From: an uncultured Bacteroides sp.
GTDB taxonomy: Bacteria; Bacteroidota; Bacteroidia; Bacteroidales; Bacteroidaceae
Length of the DNA stretch: 64,000 bases
Reading direction: 5' to 3'
NCBI GenBank assembly: GCA_949296855.1
Contig: CASFRN010000164.1
Coordinates: 8,127 to 72,126, forward strand
Part shown: positions 27,299 to 33,819 of the stretch, in pieces
How positions within the stretch are numbered: position 1 is the stretch's first letter
Layout of the letters: each line of letters opens with the position of its first letter
Made by a program: the position numbers and the translations under genes
The notes under the pieces: generated by a model
What the model saw: the letters and a program-made list of their open reading frames with translations, nothing else
Told to the model about the DNA's origin: nothing
The model's database searches: none

Positions 27299-27691
27299 AT
27301 GAAATTACATCATGTGGGTTATACCGTTGCCGATATCCGTGTTTCTGCAAAGCGGTTTGCGTTGTTGGGATATCAGCCTGGAGAAGTGCTTTACGATGAA
27401 GGTTTGAGTGTAGAGCTTTGCTATTTGACGAAGGAAGGAAGTGCCGTCATCGAACTGGTGCATCAGTTGCAAGCCGGTTCGCTGGAGGCGGAATTGCTCC
27501 GTGCGGGAGGTGTCATGCCTTATCATTTGGGTTATGAAGCGGAGGCTTTCGATGAGGCTTGTTCGGAATTAGACGCACAAGGGTATAAACGCTTGTTTAA
27601 TCCGGTTCCTGTTGGAGTTTTGGATGGGAAGCTCATTTGCTACTTTCATCATCCGGATATTGGCTACATTGAGTTGATAGAAAAAGCTTAG
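27299..27691 (+). CDS. VOC (glyoxalase / methylmalonyl-CoA-epimerase-like) family protein
   Basis: MKLHHVGYTVADI start and a C-terminal ...IGYIELIE. The track start at 27269 is TTG, and an alternative ATG lies at 27290. Confidence 0.75.
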   Translation: MKLHHVGYTVADIRVSAKRFALLGYQPGEVLYDEGLSVELCYLTKEGSAVIELVHQLQAGSLEAELLRAGGVMPYHLGYEAEAFDEACSELDAQGYKRLFNPVPVGVLDGKLICYFHHPDIGYIELIEKA

Positions 27692-27740
27692 AGCCTGTTT
27701 AAATTTTCCGATAAGCCTGAGCAAAATTTAAACAGGCTCT
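27690..27740. terminator. Perfect 18-bp inverted repeat hairpin overlapping the VOC stop codon
   Basis: AGAGCCTGTTTAAATTTT (27690-27707) pairs with AAAATTTAAACAGGCTCT (27723-27740) around a 15-nt loop. No clear T-run follows. Confidence 0.6.
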
Positions 27741-28187
27741 TAGACATTGCTTTTTGTTTGTTGATTCTTAAGGCATTCAGTTTTGTGAGTATCTGACCCG
27801 GACATTCTAATAAATAAGTAAGTGTACAAAATTAAGCGGCATCATGAAAAGCGCAGATTCACGCAGATTGAATGAAGCATAATCCGCCTTCCAATGAAGA
27901 TACCTTCATCTGCCATCGAAGGTATCTTCATCGCTTCACGAAGGCACCTTCATCGCCCTACGAAGGTATCTTCATAAAAACAGGGGTAAAGATAAGCAAC
28001 TAATCAAAACATCTTATAGCATACAGATGACACAGATAGAACCGGTTTTCGTAGATTCTCTGTGGTCATCTGCAAAATCAGCGTCATCTGTGTGCCAGGA
28101 TATAAGCTAATTACGTTCAGTTCGGCAGAGGAGGTGGTGAAACTTGCCGCGATGAGAATGTTGCTGAGCAAAATTTAAACAGGCTCT
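27717..28187. repeat. Pair of identical 24-bp direct repeats (CTGAGCAAAATTTAAACAGGCTCT) bounding a non-coding segment
   Basis: Copies at 27717-27740 and 28164-28187, offset by 447 bp. A 15-bp core, ATTTAAACAGGCTCT, recurs at 63042-63056. Confidence 0.9.
27891..27977. repeat. Four tandem 21-22-bp units containing CGAAGGTATCTTCATCG-like cores
   Basis: Units begin at about 27891, 27913, 27934 and 27956. The first core (GAAGATACCTTC) is the reverse complement of the GAAGGTATCTTC core carried by the second and fourth units. Confidence 0.8.
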
Positions 28188-28251
28188 AAATAATTTTATT
28201 TTTTTTGGAAAAAAACAAAGGAAACCATTTGATTATGTAAAATCTTATGTA

Positions 28252-28259
28252 TATATTTG
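28252..28259 (+). promoter_or_regulatory. Candidate Bacteroides -7 promoter box (TATATTTG) for the pilus-associated operon
   Basis: Matches TAnnTTTG and lies about 140 nt upstream of the ATG at 28398. Confidence 0.4.
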
Positions 28260-28397
28260 CAAAGAATTACGAATGAATACCTCATGTGATTCTTTGCAAG
28301 CATTCTTTTACTAAATTCCATAGATAAGCTTGCTACAAAGGTACAAAAAGATTGATAGAGTTTTTTTAATTGATAGAGAATATTTATGTAAGATGCT

Positions 28398-28973
28398 ATG
28401 AAACGTTTGCTGACTATATTGCTGTGTTGCATAGGTATGTCGGTTTCTGCACAGAATTGGATGTTAAAAACCAATTTGCTTCACGATTTAACCACTACAA
28501 TAAATTTTGGTGTTGAAGCACGTTTGTCGCAGAAATGGACTTTGGATGTGTCTGCCAACTGGAATCCTTGGGACTTTTCGGATAACAAGAAATGGAAGCA
28601 GCTTTCTTTCCAGCCCGAAGCCCGCTATTGGCTTTGCGAGGCGTTCAACGGTCATTTTCTCGGTGCACACCTCTTGGGCGGCATTTACAACATGGGTAAT
28701 TGGAATACCGATTTCAAATTGTTCGGTACTGATTTCGGCGAGCTTCAGGATTACCGTTTCGAAGGCTGGATGTTAGGAGTAGGCGTGGCTTACGGCTATC
28801 AATGGCTGCTCTCGAAGCATTGGAGCGTGGAGGCGGAAATCGGAATCGGTTATGTCTACAGCCGGTATGATAAGTACGAGTGTCCTTATTGTGGTGATTT
28901 GTTAGAAGAAAACAAGCCGCACAATTACTTTGGGCCTACCAAGGTGGCGGTCAATCTGATTTACGTGTTTTAA
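28398..28973 (+). CDS. DUF3575-type outer-membrane beta-barrel protein
   Basis: Signal peptide, then NWMLKTNLLHDLTTTINFGVEARLSQKWTLDVSANWNPW and a C-terminal NLIYVF. These genes typically open Bacteroidales fimbrial loci. Confidence 0.8.
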   Translation: MKRLLTILLCCIGMSVSAQNWMLKTNLLHDLTTTINFGVEARLSQKWTLDVSANWNPWDFSDNKKWKQLSFQPEARYWLCEAFNGHFLGAHLLGGIYNMGNWNTDFKLFGTDFGELQDYRFEGWMLGVGVAYGYQWLLSKHWSVEAEIGIGYVYSRYDKYECPYCGDLLEENKPHNYFGPTKVAVNLIYVF

Positions 28974-28994
28974 AGTGCTGAAGGAGGAAAAATC

Positions 28995-30404
28995 ATGAAA
29001 ACAATTTGCTTATATAGTCTGTTGGCTTTGCTTCCGTTTGTATCGGTAGCGGCTGATGAGGCAAAACGTTTGCCGGGTGGTGCCGAGGTGGGCGGTGTGG
29101 AAATCCGTAAGCAGCGCGACAGTGTGCTGATACGCATGAGCTTGGACTTGAACGGAATGGAAGTAGGGCGTAACCGCTCTATTGTAATAGCTCCCTTGTT
29201 TTATGCGGAAGGGGAAGGAACGTGGCTTCCTGCCATCGAGGTTATGGGGCGCACCCGCTATCTCTATTATCAACGTAACGAAGAATCGCTTTATGCCAGT
29301 AATCCTTATGCCGTTATAAAACGGGACAAGGAGGCGGAGCAACAAGTCGATTATCAGGTAGCCGTTCCTTATCGCAAGTGGATGGATCGCGCGACATTGG
29401 TGGTGGCGGAAGATACGTGCCAGTGTGGTGACGTGACGAAAGGAAACAGCGTACCCTTGAAGCAAGCCGATTTGGTTTTCCGTCCGAAGTTGTCCTACAT
29501 TACTCCGCAGGCAGAAACCCGTAAGACACGTGCTTTAAGCGGTGAAGCCTATTTGGATTTCCCTGTAAACAAGACGGTTATTTACCCCGATTACCGGAGG
29601 AATACGGCGGAATTGGCTAAGATACGCGCTACGGTTGATACCGTCCGTGCCGATAAGGATTACAGCATAACGCAGATACGCCTGAAAGGTTATGCTTCGC
29701 CCGAAGGAGGTTATGCGTGGAACGTACGTTTGTCTGAAGGCCGTACGGAAGCATTGCGTAATTATTTGATTGAAGAATACGGCTTTAAGGCGGATTTGTT
29801 CCGTGCCGAGCCAGGTGCGGAAAACTGGGAAGGCTTGCGCCGGTATGTAGCGGCAAGCAGCCTGACGGATAAAGACGGCATCCTTGCCTTGATAGACAGC
29901 GATGAGAGCAACCTCGACCGGAAAGAGCACCGCATCCGCGACGAGCATCCGGCATCGTATCAGAAGCTATTGAAAGACTGCTATCCGGCTTTACGCCGCA
30001 CGGATTACACCGTGGACTATGTAATCCGCGGTTTCGATGTAGAGGAAGCGAAGGAAGTAATAAAGGTCCGTCCGCAAAACCTGAGCCTGCAGGAGATGTT
30101 TGCCGTGGCTCAGATATACGAGGCGGGAAGTGAGGATTTCAATCATGTATTTGATGTAGCGGTCCGTATGTACCCCGACAATCTGGTAGCGAACCTTAAT
30201 GCAGCCAATGCGCTTTTGGAACAAGGTGCGGCAGAACAGGCAATGAAGTTCTTAGAGAAAGCGGGCGGTAGTCCTCAAGCTGACAACGCCCGAGGCGTAG
30301 CCTTGATTCTATTAGAGCAGTACGATGAGGCAGCCGTTTGTTTGCAACGTGCCGCGGATGCAGGCATCAGCGAAGCTAAAGCGAACTTGGAATACATCAA
30401 GTAA
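28995..30404 (+). CDS. DUF3868-like N-terminal domain + OmpA-like peptidoglycan-binding domain + C-terminal TPR
   Basis: Signal peptide, the OmpA-like motif GYASPEGGYAWNVRLSEGRTEALRNYL, and C-terminal TPR-like helices. Confidence 0.75.
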   Translation: MKTICLYSLLALLPFVSVAADEAKRLPGGAEVGGVEIRKQRDSVLIRMSLDLNGMEVGRNRSIVIAPLFYAEGEGTWLPAIEVMGRTRYLYYQRNEESLYASNPYAVIKRDKEAEQQVDYQVAVPYRKWMDRATLVVAEDTCQCGDVTKGNSVPLKQADLVFRPKLSYITPQAETRKTRALSGEAYLDFPVNKTVIYPDYRRNTAELAKIRATVDTVRADKDYSITQIRLKGYASPEGGYAWNVRLSEGRTEALRNYLIEEYGFKADLFRAEPGAENWEGLRRYVAASSLTDKDGILALIDSDESNLDRKEHRIRDEHPASYQKLLKDCYPALRRTDYTVDYVIRGFDVEEAKEVIKVRPQNLSLQEMFAVAQIYEAGSEDFNHVFDVAVRMYPDNLVANLNAANALLEQGAAEQAMKFLEKAGGSPQADNARGVALILLEQYDEAAVCLQRAADAGISEAKANLEYIK

Positions 30405-30474
30405 AGATTCGGATTGACAGGGAAATAAAAAGACTCTGTGTCTTTGTGTCTCTGTATTCGATAGTTAAAAATAG

Positions 30475-30503
30475 TGCTCTTTGACATAGTGGAAATAAGG
30501 GAA
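30475..30503. repeat. Left arm of the inverted repeat flanking the toxin-antitoxin cassette
   Basis: TGCTCTTTGACATAGTGGAAATAAGGGAA. Its partner at 31405-31434 differs by one mismatch and one 1-nt indel. Confidence 0.85.
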
Positions 30504-30510
30504 TAATTTG

Positions 30511-30518
30511 TAACTTTG
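30511..30518 (+). promoter_or_regulatory. Candidate -7 box (TAACTTTG) driving the TA cassette
   Basis: Matches TAnnTTTG and lies 40 nt upstream of the ATG at 30558, just inside the left inverted-repeat arm. Confidence 0.5.
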
Positions 30519-30557
30519 CGTACAGATTAGAAACGTAAGAATGAGGAGGATAAAGCC

Positions 30558-30833
30558 ATGACCGAAAATTCAGCATTAGCCATGCAGCGCGAAGCGTTGA
30601 TAAACGAGTTGCGCAACGTTGATGACATCGATGTAATCCAAAAGACACAACGCTACCTTAACCGGGCTTTGACTGCGGTAAAGAAAGCGGCAAGCAAGGC
30701 AAAGGAAGAGGAAGAATACATTAGTAAGGAAGAGATAATGGACAGTTTGCGTGAATCGCTGACTGAAATGTACACTGCCCAACGGGACGGAATCAAACGT
30801 AAAACCTTGCAGGAAGTAATCGATGAATTATAG
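30558..30833 (+). CDS. Putative antitoxin (helical, acidic; partner of the downstream RelE/ParE-like toxin)
   Basis: 91 aa. Overlaps the toxin start by 11 nt. The call rests on position and size; the family was not recognised directly. Confidence 0.6.
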   Translation: MTENSALAMQREALINELRNVDDIDVIQKTQRYLNRALTAVKKAASKAKEEEEYISKEEIMDSLRESLTEMYTAQRDGIKRKTLQEVIDEL

Positions 30834-31191
30834 TATAATACCTGAGCCAAGGTTCTTGCGTGAGATGAAACGTTTGGCTAAAAAGTATAAGTCGATGAAG
30901 CAAGATTTACAGCGACTTAATGATGAGCTATTGGCAGACCCTACTTGCGGAGTAGATTTGGGTGAAGGTTTTCGTAAAGTACGTATGGCTATTGCCAGTA
31001 AAAACCGTGGTAAAAGCCATGGGGCAAGAGTCATTACTTATCTATATGCCATAAATGAAGTTGAAGGAAATATTAGTTTGTTGTCCATATACGACAAACA
31101 AGAAAAAGACAACATTTCCGAAGCGGAATTACGACAACTGAAAGCCGAAATCAAAGCCAAAGTGGGTATTACAAATAATCCGGTAGATTAG
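30823..31191 (+). CDS. RelE/ParE-superfamily toxin (Bacteroidales addiction-module toxin type)
   Basis: The pattern F...KRLAKKYKS...DL..L...L..P..G..LG.G..K.R......GKS.GARVI.Y...........LLSIYDK is typical of RelE-like toxins. Confidence 0.75.
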   Translation: MNYSIIPEPRFLREMKRLAKKYKSMKQDLQRLNDELLADPTCGVDLGEGFRKVRMAIASKNRGKSHGARVITYLYAINEVEGNISLLSIYDKQEKDNISEAELRQLKAEIKAKVGITNNPVD

Positions 31192-31200
31192 GTATTAACG

Positions 31201-31365
31201 ATGAAAAAGAGGATTAAACATACATCTTACAAGAAGCAAAAGTACGCCCCCAAGCGTACCTTAGCCGATGTATTGGATGAAAACTACATCAGTAAGAAAG
31301 ATTTAGAACGAAGATACCTCAGAGCCTTTACTCATATCAAGCCAAAAAAGAAGGCTGGAAACTGA
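31201..31365 (+). CDS. Unlisted 54-aa lysine-rich ORF inside the cassette
   Basis: Hand translation: MKKRIKHTSYKKQKYAPKRTLADVLDENYISKKDLERRYLRAFTHIKPKKKAGN, ending at the TGA at 31363-31365. Starts 9 nt after the toxin stop. Below the 60-aa cutoff of the ORF track. Confidence 0.4.
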   Translation: MKKRIKHTSYKKQKYAPKRTLADVLDENYISKKDLERRYLRAFTHIKPKKKAGN

Positions 31366-31404
31366 AATCAGCAAGAGAACTAATCAATGAACTATAGGAT
31401 TCTT

Positions 31405-31434
31405 TTCCCTTATTTCCACTAAGTCACAAGAGCA
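31405..31434. repeat. Right arm of the inverted repeat flanking the toxin-antitoxin cassette
   Basis: TTCCCTTATTTCCACTAAGTCACAAGAGCA. Its reverse complement matches 30475-30503. Confidence 0.85.
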
Positions 31435-31454
31435 TATAAAGCGAAAGGATATTA

Positions 31455-31468
31455 TTAACTTTTAATTT
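31455..31468 (+). promoter_or_regulatory. TTAACTTTTAATTT element exactly 10 nt upstream of the major pilin ATG
   Basis: An identical 14-mer lies at 33796-33809, also 10 nt upstream of the ATG at 33820. A near copy is at 33783-33795. Confidence 0.5.
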
Positions 31469-31478
31469 ATATGCGATT

Positions 31479-33653
31479 ATGAGAAAATTTAAGTTTTTTG
31501 CTTTAGCGTTTGCGGCACTCAGCTTCGCTGCGTGCTCAGACGATGCGATTGAAGGGCAAAGCGGAAGCGGCGGCTCTGCTGGCGAAGGTACTCCGGCTTA
31601 CTTGACGATTTCTTTTACTGCCAATAGTGGTAGCAGTAGCCGTTCTACTGCGGACGATGCGAATAATTGGGGTGATAAAGATGGAGATGCAGAAGATAGC
31701 GGACATCATAATGCGGGTACAACAGATGAAAATGCTGTGAAGACGGCATTGATTGTGGTAAATCCTGCTGACGGAGGAAACACGGCGTTTGCTAAATTGT
31801 ATACCGCTTCAACAACAGCTTCAGAAGACGGGGAGTTTGAAGTGATTGATGATGCTTCTAAACTTTATAAAAATACAACTCCGATTGAAGTGGCTGTAGG
31901 AAAGTATAATGTTTTAGTTGTTATCAATCCGGTTAGTGAATTGGTTCCATCAGGTGCTCAAGAAGGTATAACGAATGCAAATGCAGTGCAAGACTTATAT
32001 AATAAAATTGTCAATGAAAGTTATCTTCCTAATGAAGCAACTTATAAAAGTCTTGTCGATGCTACAATTGGAGAAGATGGCATGATGATGGCTAATAAAA
32101 ATTGGAATGATGGCTCCGTTGGGTCAGCTTCTGATTGTTCTGTTGTCTTGACACCGGATAATAATGCTCCTGAAAAAGCGGCAACGGTTACTGTTGATGT
32201 AGAGCGTGTTATGTCTAAGATTACTTTCCGTGATACGCAGATTGACGGGATGAAGGATAAAAATATTTATCCGGTTACTGTACATACAGGTGTAGGCACA
32301 GCGGTAACTGTACGTGGCGCTATTTTGGATGAAACGACAACAGATGTGGAAGATGATTATCGGATTGTTGTTTTAAATAAAGCAGAGGATATTGCAGAGC
32401 ATGAAGTTTATGCTTTGTATGAAAAAGCATCAGAAGATGCTGAGGCTGTTTTAACAGGTGTATATGCAGCTACTACAGAAACGAAGAAAACAGAAGATGG
32501 TAATGAATATACAGTTTATACAAAATTGACGGCTGTTACAGATGCTTCCGACTATGTAGCTGGGACAAACTATGTAGCAAATACAAGTGCAGAAGACTAT
32601 GGCCTTACTTTGGTTTTGGCTGAGATGGGTGATCCTACTTATTGGTATGTAAGGTTGGAAGGTTATGCGTTGGTTAATCTGTCAAAAGATGTACACTATG
32701 TGCGTCATACAATTGACAATGCCAATGTGATAACACCTCTTGGAACATTAAATGGTTCTAACTATTTATATACGACAAATTGGATAGCAAAGAATACGGC
32801 TGAATTTAGCACTAATGATAAGGGTGATGTAATATTCAGTAATTGTGACCCCAATGATTGGTTCTATAATACGTTGGCTGCCGTATCTGATGATAGTGAT
32901 AAGTTGACATTTAGCGGCAATACGATTATTAACAGTGATTTTTATCAAGCATTCCCTACGGGTGCATATCCAGAAGATGGTGCCGTTGAGGGTGATGGTA
33001 TCATTTATGATAAAGGAACATCGACTGGTAGTGGTCAGCATACAAGCGCTAATGGTAATTTGGATAATATTGGTCATTTTTTGGCATATTGCTTCGAAAA
33101 CTCCACTGATCTTAATCATCAGATGCATGGCATAAGCACAGGTATTTCATTCGTTGCGAGAATGTACACAGACCAAGAATGTACAAAACCTGTAGAAAGA
33201 TTGTATCAATATGCCGGTCAAAAGTTTACTTCATTAAAGAGTATTCAAGAAGCTTTTGGAGCAAGCCGAATGAGTTCAGCGTTTAACAGCTTGGTTGATA
33301 AAGAATCAACTATAACGGATGTAGAAGACATGAAAGACGAATTGGAGAAGTTGGCTGCGAATAAAGAAAACGGCGGTGAAAACATTACAATCTATAATGA
33401 TAATATCTGCTATTACTACACTACAGAAATTAAGCATTTCGATAATGGTGATAATGCGGTATTAGGCAATATGGAGTTTGCGATTATGCGTAATAACATT
33501 TATTCTTTATCGGTAAGTGGCATTAATGAAATCGGTGATGCGATTGTGGATCCGACTCCGAATATTCCGGATGAAACAGAAAGTCGTGCAGCTCTGACCG
33601 TACAAGTACGTATCCTCCCATGGATTGTCCGCTACAACGACATCGAGTTCTAA
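31479..33653 (+). CDS. Type V pilus major subunit candidate (Mfa1/FimA-superfamily lipoprotein), unusually long
   Basis: Lipobox FAACS. The N-terminal strand AYLTISFTANSGSSSR-S has an Arg in the position of the gingipain-type maturation site. C-terminal donor-strand-like LPWIVRYNDIEF. Confidence 0.7.
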   Translation: MRKFKFFALAFAALSFAACSDDAIEGQSGSGGSAGEGTPAYLTISFTANSGSSSRSTADDANNWGDKDGDAEDSGHHNAGTTDENAVKTALIVVNPADGGNTAFAKLYTASTTASEDGEFEVIDDASKLYKNTTPIEVAVGKYNVLVVINPVSELVPSGAQEGITNANAVQDLYNKIVNESYLPNEATYKSLVDATIGEDGMMMANKNWNDGSVGSASDCSVVLTPDNNAPEKAATVTVDVERVMSKITFRDTQIDGMKDKNIYPVTVHTGVGTAVTVRGAILDETTTDVEDDYRIVVLNKAEDIAEHEVYALYEKASEDAEAVLTGVYAATTETKKTEDGNEYTVYTKLTAVTDASDYVAGTNYVANTSAEDYGLTLVLAEMGDPTYWYVRLEGYALVNLSKDVHYVRHTIDNANVITPLGTLNGSNYLYTTNWIAKNTAEFSTNDKGDVIFSNCDPNDWFYNTLAAVSDDSDKLTFSGNTIINSDFYQAFPTGAYPEDGAVEGDGIIYDKGTSTGSGQHTSANGNLDNIGHFLAYCFENSTDLNHQMHGISTGISFVARMYTDQECTKPVERLYQYAGQKFTSLKSIQEAFGASRMSSAFNSLVDKESTITDVEDMKDELEKLAANKENGGENITIYNDNICYYYTTEIKHFDNGDNAVLGNMEFAIMRNNIYSLSVSGINEIGDAIVDPTPNIPDETESRAALTVQVRILPWIVRYNDIEF

Positions 33654-33672
33654 TAAGTTGAAATGAATAACC

Positions 33673-33755
33673 TTGTAGGGGCGTATTGCATACGCCCGAA
33701 AGCATACGCTTAAATTTGTTTATGCATTCAGGGCGTATGCGATACGCCCCTACAA
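33673..33755. terminator. Long hairpin (25-bp arms, 1 mismatch) between the major pilin and the anchor gene
   Basis: TTGTAGGGGCGTATTGCATACGCCC (33673-33697) pairs with GGGCGTATGCGATACGCCCCTACAA (33731-33755). Each arm is also self-complementary (GGGCGTAT/ATACGCCC). Confidence 0.7.
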
Positions 33756-33795
33756 TATAACGATGTACCCTAACTACACTATCAACTTTTAATTT

Positions 33796-33809
33796 TTAAC
33801 TTTTAATTT
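33796..33809 (+). promoter_or_regulatory. Second copy of TTAACTTTTAATTT, 10 nt upstream of the anchor pilin ATG
   Basis: Identical sequence and identical spacing to the copy at 31455-31468. Confidence 0.5.
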
Positions 33810-33819
33810 TTAATTGAAA

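Noticed and set aside
27843-27881. Tiny ORF MKSADSRRLNEA inside the repeat junction
   Set aside because: It is read directly out of a CAGATT-type repeat arm. Such frames are by-products of the palindrome family, not genes.
27891-27977. Tandem repeats here, and at 2315-2372 and 44449-44532, as CRISPR arrays
   Set aside because: There are only 2.5 to 4 copies. The units either abut with no spacers (27891-27977, 2315-2372) or are separated by only about 15 nt (44449-44532), far shorter than CRISPR spacers. No cas genes are in the window.
30475-31434. The inverted-repeat-flanked segment as a phase-variable invertible promoter for the pilin genes
   Set aside because: The only recognisable promoter box (30511-30518) points into the segment, and after inversion it would still point inward. 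The segment is about 960 bp and carries genes, unlike the short Bacteroides promoter-only invertible regions, and no recombinase gene is adjacent. Inversion is not excluded, but a simple ON/OFF pilin switch is not supported.
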